In this document: in pieces, positions 19,559-28,584 of the stretch | How positions within the stretch are numbered: position 1 is the stretch's first letter | Layout: the number at the start of each line of letters is the position of its first letter | Assembly: GCA_965216315.1 (NCBI GenBank) | Contig: CBDCFN010000015.1 | Span: forward strand, 192,001 to 256,000 | Reading direction: 5' to 3' | DNA: 64,000 nucleotides | DNA from: a bacterium | GTDB lineage: Bacteria > UBA10199 > 2-02-FULL-50-16 > JAJFLM01 | Program-made: the position numbers and the translations under genes | Notes under the pieces: generated by a model | Told to the model about the DNA's origin: nothing | The model's input: only the letters and a program-made list of their open reading frames with translations | Database searches by the model: none

Positions 19559-22500
19559 TTACCTTACCAAGGTACAACCTGCCGCGCCGCCATAATACGG
19601 AGTCGACGGCCGCGGGGATTTTGGTACTGGCGTAACTCCGCCACCTCCAAGCGATTCACTCGCGGACGTTGCAATCTGGACGGAAGGTAGACTACCGCCA
19701 CCATGATCGATGTAGGTCGCTACCGGATTTGGCGTCGAGGCCTTGAGAATCACGGCATTCGCAGTCGCCTTGGTATTGGAATCAATCCATAAGAGAGATT
19801 CGTAACGCGCCTCAATGCTCGGTGCGAACTCTATCGATACCTCGATCGATTGACCTGATTGTACGGTAAGCCGGTCGAGATTCACGGCAAAGACATCACG
19901 ACTGACTCCAATCTCGTTTATTATGAGCGGCTCATTCCCAACATTTCTAATCGTGAAATTCTGAGAAACGCTTTCTCCCACGTTGACGACACCGAACTGA
20001 AGTTGTCCATCGGATAACTCCAGCTTGGCATAGGAGCTATCGCGAACAGAAACACTGACTGTATCAGTACTGAAGTGGCCATTTCCGTCGGAGACCTGAA
20101 CTTGGAAACGCAGTTCCGTATCTGCTTTGACCGTTGGCGCTGTAAATGAAGGCTGATCAATCTGTGTATCGTCTAGAGTCACGGTTGGGCCGGCAATCTG
20201 CTGCCAACTGAAACTCAAGAGATCCTTATTCGGATCCGTACTAGCACTCCCATCCAGGTTGACCTGATCCCCTTCATCGACTTTTTGGTCGACACCAGCA
20301 TCTGCCCGCGGAGCCTGAGTTCCATCTACAACAAAGACCTTCACTTCATCTTGACTCGACTGCCCATCACTGTCCTGCACGCTGGCCGTCAGGGTATGCT
20401 CGCCCTCAGTTAGAACAACCGCTAAGGGATTCCCCATTCCGAGCGTTCCATCTAAATTGGATTGCCAGGATACCGCCGATCCGGGCAAGAGACCATCTTC
20501 CAGATCAAAGACCTCTGCTTGGAGTGATGCGGACGCGCCGGATAAATGCGTCGCGTTCTCTTGAGGCGACAAAATCGCGATATTTGGCACCTTCCGATCG
20601 ACAGTGAATGGAGACGACTCGACTGTCCGCGTGATGAATCCATCGGTCACCATGACGCGAACTATACTCTGCAAACTACCTGCGAGTTGACTCGCATCAT
20701 AATGAAATTCCGTTCCACCAATATCAACACCCAGTGTCTGAAAGGTCTGCCCTCCATCCGCACTGTAGGACACCGTCGCAAGCAAAATATCTTGATCTTG
20801 ATCCTCCGCCAGCCAACGAACAGTAAGGACACCACTGTAATGTTCGCCACCCTGAGGCTCTAATAGTTCCAACTGCGGCGCATACGAACTCTGGGTGCGT
20901 TCCGCAACGACAGCACCATCTTTAATGATTTGAACCTTTTTCAAGTTATCAAATGCCGGTGCGGCTATCGAAAAGAGGGAACGATCATTCGCCTCATCGT
21001 TGCCTTCTTGTTCGCCGGAATCTACATCAACCGCGAGTGGATATTCCAATAAGATTGACCCGTCATTATCAACCAAACGCAACGAATAATCCGCCAGGAT
21101 CTCATCATTCGGTTGATCGGGCACGGACTCGGCACTATACAAGGGATCCAGTAATTGATCATTGACACCAACGGACCCGGATATGAGCACGACGGGTTCT
21201 TGAAGGCTATTGCATTCACTCGTCAAGCATGAAACGGCGTGTGCCGGATCACTATTGAGATCCCGCAGAGAATTGAACAACGACAACCATCTCTTCGGGT
21301 TGATCCAACGGCGGTACGAAGCGTTTCCTTCATAAGACATAAGGTCAATGTATCCAAACCCTGAGCAATAGGGCACAGAGCATCCCTCACAACTATTCTG
21401 GCTAAAACAACATTCATGCCATGCAATATATTGATCCGTGCAAGACTTCCACTGATCAGTAGGGACCGGCTTCCGTGCTTTCATTAGCTCCGTATCAAAT
21501 CCAACTTCGGCTATCGTACCATCTTCCGGTAAGTGTCCATCTGGATAATTAACTGGGCAACTATAAGCCTCAGGAACATGTGTATGACAGAGACCATAGG
21601 TGTGTCCAATTTCATGCGCAAACGTGGATTGAGCACGTTGGGAATCACCATCATTGTATCCTACTGCAACACGACCGGGAATCGATTGAGCAAAGCCGGC
21701 AGTGCTGCCAAGACTTCTCGACAACCAGCCATAAGTCCGGTCCGGTGCATCTTCGACACCGATATGAGAGGCGACAAAAAGACCCCTGAGAAGATTGTAG
21801 GTACTACTCATCCATACGTAGGAGAGTGGCGGTCGCCGGACGTAGTTGAGTCCTTTAACGGGAAAGATTTTCTTAAAGAGTTCCGGCCCTTCGAGCATTT
21901 CCGTTTCGGAGGGCATCGCATGCAGCAAATTGCCATAGATATCGGTGCCAACAATAGGAATATAAAAAATCGTTGGCTTATAGTTATCTGTAAAAACAGC
22001 CGCCCGCGACAAGATGTTGTTTGAGGTATTCGTTTCCGGCATGCGAGGAACGCGCGCCCCGCTTATCGGGTTAATCTCGACCTCAAATTCAAAATTATAG
22101 GGGATACAGTCCGGACAGTTGGTCACTGAGACCGGTACGGCGAAATTAAGTGAGTGTTTCTCATTCGCACGGTCATTGATGGCGTGCGCCGTGATCGGAC
22201 CGTTGTGCGATTGAAAGGGAGATCCCGACACCTCTTCCCCTAAACGATACACGCGTAATACCGCGTCAACGTTTTGGACGATATCATTGGAACCTGCACC
22301 CCCAGTCAATTCAATTTGCGGATAGGCGCGCACGACAGTCTTTTTGCCCGCAACCATTGGTAAATTATTCATCTCATCCTGGATACTTTGAGTGACTTCG
22401 ATACTAGCTAAACTCAGATCGAGAGAAGAGACCCCTTCGCCGCTGAGATTGACAGCTTGCACCGGTGTATCGGCATCATTCGAACTGATCTGCAATTGAG

Positions 22501-24151
22501 CGTTTACCCCTCCGACGGTTTGAGGTTTATAGCGCACTTGTAATGTTCGCGTATCGCTCACCGGCACGCTTAATGACGTTGTCAATGGCTGGAATGCTGC
22601 ATTGGCACAGGTGACATTCGTAATTTGCAAGGTCTCATCACCCACATTAGCAATATCAAGATCGATGGTCTGAGTCCCCGCATTCTCCGGATCTCCCGGA
22701 TTGATCAACACGCTCCCGAAATCAGCAGACGCGGCGCTATTAATTTCGGGACTCACCCCACGCCCGGTTAAATTGACCGCCAGGTTGGGGATGGCCGGAT
22801 CGTTGCTGTGCACAATTAATGTGTCATTAATAGCAATATGACTCGTCGGGTTAAAACGAACCGCAAAAGACCGATTACTTCCCGAGGTCAGGGAGGCCGA
22901 ACCGGGCTCAACGACAATCATCCCGTTAGGAGTCGAAAAACTACTGATCGTCAAGGTTCCAGGGCCGTCATTTGTAACATTTAGCTGTAAAGTATCCGTT
23001 GTCCCAATGTGCACATCCCCATAATCGAGATCGAGTGTCGACGGATTAATCCAAGGGATCGCCGCCGCTCCAGTCAGGCTGATCGTCTCGGTCGCATTAG
23101 CCGGGTCATTCGTATCAAAACTAAAGGTCCCAACTTTGGCTCCCGTCGAGGCCGGGGAAAAAGTCAACTCGATCGTCGTCTCGTCACCCGGCTCAATACT
23201 AGTATCACCTGGAGGCGCATAGGAATATGAACTTCCCGTCATACCCAATGATGTCAGATAAAGCGTCGTTGAATTAGCCCAGTTCTGATTTTTGATCGTA
23301 AACAACTGGCTAACATTTTCACCGACGGGTATCGTTCCATAATCATGACTTATTGGCGTCACCTCGACGTAAGGCGCCACACCTGTTCCATCGAGTCCAA
23401 TGCCCAGCGTTCCCGTATCAGGGTCGTTGCTATTGATTGTTAAGTTATTGCTATTCGCTCCACGGACACTCGGGGTGTATCGAACACTGAGTATACGTTG
23501 ATTGCCGGGGGCGACGCTGAAACTCGTTGGAGTTACACTAAACGGTACTGACGCTGTGATCGAAGTGACATTAAGAGTTGCATCCCCGACGTTGTAGACG
23601 GTTAAATTTTGGGTGGTTTGCTCCCCAACTTGTGAATCACCAAAATCTACACTGGTCGCACTCACATCGATGTTCGGCTTTGGTTGATAGCCAATCCCGG
23701 CAAGCGTCAGCTCGACAGGCGTCACTTTATTCCACCCTGGCAAATTACCTCCACCAATCAAGTTGGTGACCGTCATGTGCACTGTATCCGCAAAAATAGC
23801 TTCCGTATTGGGCTGAAAGGTAATACTAACTGTTTCTTGTTCACCGGGATTAAGTGAAAGTGAGTTCTTGTCGATTGAAAAACGTGGATTACTCGAAGTG
23901 ATATTTACTTGGGCAACGTTCGGCGTATCGCAGTTACAGACACATGCTCCATCTTCTACGATGTAAGGACGATTGTAACGGACAGTCATCTGGATAGTTT
24001 TCTGATCCCCTACATCAACCGCACCGAAATCAATTGCTGTAACGCTAGGAGCTAGACGCGCAACAAAACATAATGCCGCCTCGGCGGAAGAACTCAGCAA
24101 TAAAATAATAAGACAAACGACCCCTACGAGAAGATTGCGAAGACATAACAT
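19559..24151 (-). CDS. Large secreted protein: choice-of-anchor-D/ASH Ig repeats, zinc metalloprotease domain, PKD-like domain, short AAGCTLVR tail
   Basis: Repeated DFG..VG..NxGxxxLxI..I.SNDP units; HEIGHTYGLCH (HExxHxxGxxH) with DLMSY Met-turn; ADAGVDQ..LDGSASTDPNKD..WQQIAGP. Confidence 0.85.
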   Translation of the reverse strand: MLCLRNLLVGVVCLIILLLSSSAEAALCFVARLAPSVTAIDFGAVDVGDQKTIQMTVRYNRPYIVEDGACVCNCDTPNVAQVNITSSNPRFSIDKNSLSLNPGEQETVSITFQPNTEAIFADTVHMTVTNLIGGGNLPGWNKVTPVELTLAGIGYQPKPNIDVSATSVDFGDSQVGEQTTQNLTVYNVGDATLNVTSITASVPFSVTPTSFSVAPGNQRILSVRYTPSVRGANSNNLTINSNDPDTGTLGIGLDGTGVAPYVEVTPISHDYGTIPVGENVSQLFTIKNQNWANSTTLYLTSLGMTGSSYSYAPPGDTSIEPGDETTIELTFSPASTGAKVGTFSFDTNDPANATETISLTGAAAIPWINPSTLDLDYGDVHIGTTDTLQLNVTNDGPGTLTISSFSTPNGMIVVEPGSASLTSGSNRSFAVRFNPTSHIAINDTLIVHSNDPAIPNLAVNLTGRGVSPEINSAASADFGSVLINPGDPENAGTQTIDLDIANVGDETLQITNVTCANAAFQPLTTSLSVPVSDTRTLQVRYKPQTVGGVNAQLQISSNDADTPVQAVNLSGEGVSSLDLSLASIEVTQSIQDEMNNLPMVAGKKTVVRAYPQIELTGGAGSNDIVQNVDAVLRVYRLGEEVSGSPFQSHNGPITAHAINDRANEKHSLNFAVPVSVTNCPDCIPYNFEFEVEINPISGARVPRMPETNTSNNILSRAAVFTDNYKPTIFYIPIVGTDIYGNLLHAMPSETEMLEGPELFKKIFPVKGLNYVRRPPLSYVWMSSTYNLLRGLFVASHIGVEDAPDRTYGWLSRSLGSTAGFAQSIPGRVAVGYNDGDSQRAQSTFAHEIGHTYGLCHTHVPEAYSCPVNYPDGHLPEDGTIAEVGFDTELMKARKPVPTDQWKSCTDQYIAWHECCFSQNSCEGCSVPYCSGFGYIDLMSYEGNASYRRWINPKRWLSLFNSLRDLNSDPAHAVSCLTSECNSLQEPVVLISGSVGVNDQLLDPLYSAESVPDQPNDEILADYSLRLVDNDGSILLEYPLAVDVDSGEQEGNDEANDRSLFSIAAPAFDNLKKVQIIKDGAVVAERTQSSYAPQLELLEPQGGEHYSGVLTVRWLAEDQDQDILLATVSYSADGGQTFQTLGVDIGGTEFHYDASQLAGSLQSIVRVMVTDGFITRTVESSPFTVDRKVPNIAILSPQENATHLSGASASLQAEVFDLEDGLLPGSAVSWQSNLDGTLGMGNPLAVVLTEGEHTLTASVQDSDGQSSQDEVKVFVVDGTQAPRADAGVDQKVDEGDQVNLDGSASTDPNKDLLSFSWQQIAGPTVTLDDTQIDQPSFTAPTVKADTELRFQVQVSDGNGHFSTDTVSVSVRDSSYAKLELSDGQLQFGVVNVGESVSQNFTIRNVGNEPLIINEIGVSRDVFAVNLDRLTVQSGQSIEVSIEFAPSIEARYESLLWIDSNTKATANAVILKASTPNPVATYIDHGGGSLPSVQIATSASESLGGGGVTPVPKSPRPSTPYYGGAAGCTLVR

Positions 24152-24438
24152 GACCCACCTCCCTTGTCCCTAGTGAGCGAAATGATCCCATGACCAAAGC
24201 GCGTTTCGAATTTTTTTGAATTAAGTTGCTAACGCGATGCGCTAACGGTGCGGATAAACTGATACAAAGCTTAATACTAATGAGACAGAGTTCTAACGGT
24301 CCGTGCACGATACACCCTCCCCGTAGTCCGTCACTTAACGTGACTTACTCTGCGATTGGCATGTATCCCCCTTACATAAGCCTGATGACACTTCCTTAAC
24401 TTTTCTTGGCAGGGATTCATTCAGCACCCCGCCTGTTA

Positions 24439-25164
24439 TTACTCAACCGATACGCTGTAATGGATACACTGGCGTTCCGATTCTGGTAACTGAAACTCTT
24501 CACCGAGCGACTCAACATCCTCAAAACTCAGCTTAAAAAGACCTTGCTGGGTAAGAGCATACAAGCTCTTTTCATCTGCCAGGTACTCAAAGTCACTGAC
24601 GATGTCCGGTAATCCGTCGCTCCACTGCTGCCAACCGAAGCCGTCCTCAAAGAAATAAACGCCATCATCAGAGGAAAGGGCAACAACACACCGCCCAGCT
24701 ACTGCAAACTTGATGGCCTTAAGAACCGGCGTCGGCGCATCATCCGGCAGGTCGTAAAAATATTTTTCCTTGGTAATCAAATCACCCGGGTCGCGTTCTT
24801 CCCATTGGCCCGGCGCTACCTGCTTAACGACTAACTCACCTCCACCACACATCATCGGAGGCAAAAAATCATCGAACGAGCACTGAAACACTTTGGCTAT
24901 GTAGACGACAAATAGCTGCTCTGCCCATACGTAGAGCCTTTCGAGACGATCCAAATCGTCTATCTCATCAAGCCCCGCAACCGCCTGCCACGATGACAAC
25001 AATGAAGCAAACGACGACGGTTCTTCGGAGGCAGATGAGTTGCCGGCATTCGCACTCGGATTGGTTGTTTGTTGATTATTATCTTGCTGACAAGACATTG
25101 CAGAAAAAGAGATCATGATCCCCATAAGAAGAGCTAAACCCGTATTCAGAATCTGTTTCATCAT
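24439..25164 (-). CDS. Hypothetical lipoprotein (paralog of 25202..25921)
   Basis: Lipobox AMSC; shares ERLYVW, KQVAPGQWEERD and SDDGxYFFEDGFGW with its neighbour. Confidence 0.8.
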   Translation of the reverse strand: MMKQILNTGLALLMGIMISFSAMSCQQDNNQQTTNPSANAGNSSASEEPSSFASLLSSWQAVAGLDEIDDLDRLERLYVWAEQLFVVYIAKVFQCSFDDFLPPMMCGGGELVVKQVAPGQWEERDPGDLITKEKYFYDLPDDAPTPVLKAIKFAVAGRCVVALSSDDGVYFFEDGFGWQQWSDGLPDIVSDFEYLADEKSLYALTQQGLFKLSFEDVESLGEEFQLPESERQCIHYSVSVE

Positions 25165-25201
25165 GTGTAACCGCCTCCGGAGACTATCCGGATTTCATGC
25201 A

Positions 25202-25921
25202 TTAAAATTCTATCGTAACGTTCGTTTCCTTACATAAACGTTCGGACGTAGGAACTTGCATCTCCTCCGCCAAGGCCTCAATGCCGTTCAAGTCAAGCCG
25301 GTAAAGCTCATCCTGAGTCACGGCATACAGAATTTTTTCTTCCGGTACATAGTCTATGTCTAAAATCTCATAACCCTGTATGCCCTCGCTCCACTCCTTC
25401 CAACCGAATCCATCCTCGAAGAAATAAATACCGTCATCGGAGACAAGAGTGATAATACAGCGCCCTTCGATGGTAAATTGCGTGGTGGCCAACACGGGGG
25501 CAGGTGAGTTCTCTGGCAAGATGTCTACCGTTGATTCGTCGGCAATATAGGCATCGGTCAGGTCGCGCTCCTCCCATTGACCCGGTGCAACCTGTTTAAT
25601 CACGACTCTCTTGTTTTCACAGATAGAGGACACATCATCAAAAAAACACTCAATTTCTTTAGATATATACTCAACAAATAAGAGACCCGACCACACATAC
25701 AGTCGTTCAAGTGTCTGAACATCATCGAGAAGTCCAACCTCTGTCCACGATGAGAGAAATGAGGAAAACGAACGAGCTTCCGGGCTTGATTCTGAATTCT
25801 CGGGGTTCACGTTCACATCATTTGGATTATTTTCTTGCTGACAGGCCGTCGTAGTAAGGATGCAGGTGCACGAAATGATGAGTAAAAAGTTTCGAAAGAC
25901 CTCTTTAATATAACCCTTCAT
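25202..25921 (-). CDS. Hypothetical lipoprotein (paralog of 24439..25164)
   Basis: Lipobox TTAC; same shared motifs. Confidence 0.8.
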   Translation of the reverse strand: MKGYIKEVFRNFLLIISCTCILTTTACQQENNPNDVNVNPENSESSPEARSFSSFLSSWTEVGLLDDVQTLERLYVWSGLLFVEYISKEIECFFDDVSSICENKRVVIKQVAPGQWEERDLTDAYIADESTVDILPENSPAPVLATTQFTIEGRCIITLVSDDGIYFFEDGFGWKEWSEGIQGYEILDIDYVPEEKILYAVTQDELYRLDLNGIEALAEEMQVPTSERLCKETNVTIEF

Positions 25922-26150
25922 TGAAACTCCCTAAAGACCTCGCGTGAGACTTATCGACAAGCCAGTAACAAAGTTGCTGACGCATAGCAATAAAAGCCAA
26001 TAATAGAGCGGCTTTTTCGAATTCTTATAAACACGCTGCTGGTGATATACTGAGGATTAACTGTGGATAAGTCCCATCTTGGACAAATTCGTATCCATAA
26101 AAAATCCTCTTAAAAATATATCAATTTAGTCATTAATCCCCCGAGTAAAA

Positions 26151-26166
26151 TGCACACGGCATGCCA
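26151..26166 (-). promoter_or_regulatory. Sigma54 promoter facing the lipoprotein pair
   Basis: Minus strand TGGCATGCCGTGTGCA. Confidence 0.6.
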
Positions 26167-26240
26167 ACCACTTAGTGACGCTATCTTACTGAAATAACTG
26201 CCTAGAGATCAGATCTTGTATCCTCACGGGAACAAACACC

Positions 26241-26276
26241 GTCTCAAATTGCGTCGGAAGCGTTTCATTTTGAGAC
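26241..26276. promoter_or_regulatory. Paired putative enhancer-binding-protein sites
   Basis: GTCTCAAATTGCGTC and GTTTCATTTTGAGAC, 21 nt apart. Confidence 0.6.
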
Positions 26277-26315
26277 GGTTTGCAAGTCTGCCGAAATAAA
26301 CTATAAATACAGCCT

Positions 26316-28064
26316 ATGTGGCTGAAGCACATTTCCATCTCCACCCGACTGATTGTCCTCCTCATCTTTGCCGTCCTGCTGCCGCTGCTTATCTTTGGGG
26401 CCCTTGCCGAATGGCAGGTACGCGAAGCCACTGAAATTTCGGTGACGGAAGGCAACGCCCGCGTAGCCAAACGGGCCGCTGAACAGATTCAACAGTATGT
26501 CAGCAGCGCCCTGACCCTGTTGAAGTCAACCGCCGAAAATATTAACAACGCAGACCTGGCCGATTGGCAAAAAGAACGCATTCTCAAGAATTACCGGAAT
26601 CAATTTGACCAGTTCAACGAACTGACCATCTGGGATCTCCAGAAAAAAGCACTGGCGACCAGTCGCCTCGTCGCGGCTCAGCTCAATCAACGCGAACAAA
26701 AGGCCTATACCGCGGCTTTAAGCGGCAAAATGTATTTATCGCCGGAATACATCCGCGAAGATCTATCGCCGGCCATGGTTGTTGCCGTCCCGCTGAAGCG
26801 ACTCACCGAAGTGAATGGAATCCTTATTGCCGAGTTGAATTTGATGCACATGTGGTACCTCGTCGATAGTATTCGCATTGGTAAAAAGGGCGTGCTCCAC
26901 ATCGTTGACGAAGATGGGCGTCTCCTGGCGACGGGAGATGGCGAACGCAAGAAGAGCGTGTTTCAGGGTGGGCATTTTGAGGCCATGGCATTAATGCCGA
27001 AAATACTCGAACCCCATGGAACCCGCTTTACCAATTTTCTTAATACAGAGGTCCTTTCCGTCGGTACCCGGCTCAAAGATCCTTTGCACTGGAGTGTGAT
27101 CGTCGAACAACCGACGCGCGAAGCCTATGCCCTCGCCACTCGCATTGGGTATTATTTGGCTGCTATCACGCTTCTGTTTTTAGTCGTGGCCTTAGGGTTG
27201 GGCTTTTACAGTGGGAAACGTCGTATCATTGATCCTATCCGCGTACTTTCCGCAGCCACGGAAGAACTGGCCCGCGGTAATCTTGACTATCGCGTTGAAC
27301 TGGATACCGGCGATGAGTTTGAGCAATTGGGCCAAGCCTTCAATGACATGGCAGCACGTTTAAAGAACGTTCAAGAAAAACTGATCCAAGAAGAAAAACA
27401 CGCGATGTTCGGTCGCATTGCCTCGGGACTCGCCCATGACCTCAAGCACCCGATCCAGGCAATTGAAACGTCGAGTCGCCTTATTGATAAAAAGTATGAT
27501 GATCCGGAATTCAGGAGCATGTTTCAACGAACCGTCAATCGCGAATTTAAAAAGATCAATAATTTTCTCAATAATCTACACAACCTCACCCACGACATTC
27601 CCTTCCGCCCCGTACCCATAAAAGTAAACTCTCTGCTCGTTGAAACACTCGAGACATTTGAAGCAACGGCAAATGAACGCGATATCGCGATCGACCGTCA
27701 CTGGGAGGATAACGGCCTCCGCATTGAAGCAGACCCGGCCACCCTCAACCGCGCCCTTTCCAATCTCGTGTCCAATGCCATCGAGGCCATCGGGACTCAT
27801 GGAACGTTGACCATTCGAGCGGAAAAAGTGGACGACCATGTTAATGTCACGGTCCAAGACAGCGGCAAAGGGATCGCCGCGGAACGGCTCAAAAGCCTCT
27901 TTGATGATTTCGTCACGACCAAGCGTCGCGGCCTCGGGCTGGGTCTCGCCATCACGAAGAAAATCATTGCTCAGCATCAAGGCCAGCTTTCGGTAAGCAG
28001 TACCGTCGGGGTCGGCACCCGCTTTGTCATTCACATACCGACCCTACCCACGTCAGAAACTTGA
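26316..28064 (+). CDS. Membrane sensor histidine kinase (Cache, HAMP, HisKA, HATPase)
   Basis: Two TMs, HAMP (DEFEQLGQAFNDM), H-box LAHDLKHP, NLVSNAIEA, DSGKGI, GLGLGLAI. Confidence 0.95.
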   Translation: MWLKHISISTRLIVLLIFAVLLPLLIFGALAEWQVREATEISVTEGNARVAKRAAEQIQQYVSSALTLLKSTAENINNADLADWQKERILKNYRNQFDQFNELTIWDLQKKALATSRLVAAQLNQREQKAYTAALSGKMYLSPEYIREDLSPAMVVAVPLKRLTEVNGILIAELNLMHMWYLVDSIRIGKKGVLHIVDEDGRLLATGDGERKKSVFQGGHFEAMALMPKILEPHGTRFTNFLNTEVLSVGTRLKDPLHWSVIVEQPTREAYALATRIGYYLAAITLLFLVVALGLGFYSGKRRIIDPIRVLSAATEELARGNLDYRVELDTGDEFEQLGQAFNDMAARLKNVQEKLIQEEKHAMFGRIASGLAHDLKHPIQAIETSSRLIDKKYDDPEFRSMFQRTVNREFKKINNFLNNLHNLTHDIPFRPVPIKVNSLLVETLETFEATANERDIAIDRHWEDNGLRIEADPATLNRALSNLVSNAIEAIGTHGTLTIRAEKVDDHVNVTVQDSGKGIAAERLKSLFDDFVTTKRRGLGLGLAITKKIIAQHQGQLSVSSTVGVGTRFVIHIPTLPTSET

Positions 28065-28229
28065 TAAAATTACGCCCACTTTTTGACAAAAGCTGGAAAA
28101 AAAATTATCCGGTGCGCGCCTGATCCCACTCACGCCTGTTAGAGAATATCCTTATAATTCATATAGATAGATCTAAATAACCCTTTAGACCTTAGTTGGC
28201 ATGCGAATTGAATAGTACAAAGTGCACAT

Positions 28230-28448
28230 ATGGGATCATTACTTGAAATATCGACAGTCAAAAAGTGCCGCGTCTTCTTTGAAAAGACCTGCGATGAACA
28301 GGCACGCTATTTTTTCAGTGCCTATGTCCAATTGCCGGATCACACGCAGTTTATCATGGACGACCGCCATCTTCCTCGCCTCAAAAAACGGATCCATGCC
28401 GTCTTAGAGGTTCTCGCGTTCAGCGGTTCAGTACCTTTAGAAGTTTAA
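28230..28448 (+). CDS. Small hypothetical protein (72 aa)
   Basis: ORF preceded by a sigma54-like TGGCATGCGAATTGAA (28197-28212, non-canonical -12). Confidence 0.5.
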   Translation: MGSLLEISTVKKCRVFFEKTCDEQARYFFSAYVQLPDHTQFIMDDRHLPRLKKRIHAVLEVLAFSGSVPLEV

Positions 28449-28456
28449 TTTGTAGT

Positions 28457-28495
28457 TTATACCTTTACGGACGCGTCAAAGAGCCGGGCATGCTC
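28457..28495 (-). pseudogene. Orphan duplicate of the dgt 3' end (EHARLFDASVKV*)
   Basis: 39-nt copy of 28585-28623 with 7 synonymous third-position differences. Confidence 0.9.
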
Positions 28496-28499
28496 GTCG

Positions 28500-28579
28500 A
28501 TTCGCAAAGCGAAAGCGCAGCTTCCGCTTTGCTTGAGTCATGGGGAAGAAAACTCTCTCCCCCCTGACAACCCCCCATC
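28500..28579 (-). repeat. Repeat family R2 (two-hairpin element), copy C
   Basis: Minus strand GATGGGGGGTTGTCAGGGG..CCCCATGACTCAAGCAAAGCGGAAGCTGCGCTTTCGCTTTGCGAAT. Confidence 0.85.
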
Positions 28580-28584
28580 GCGAG

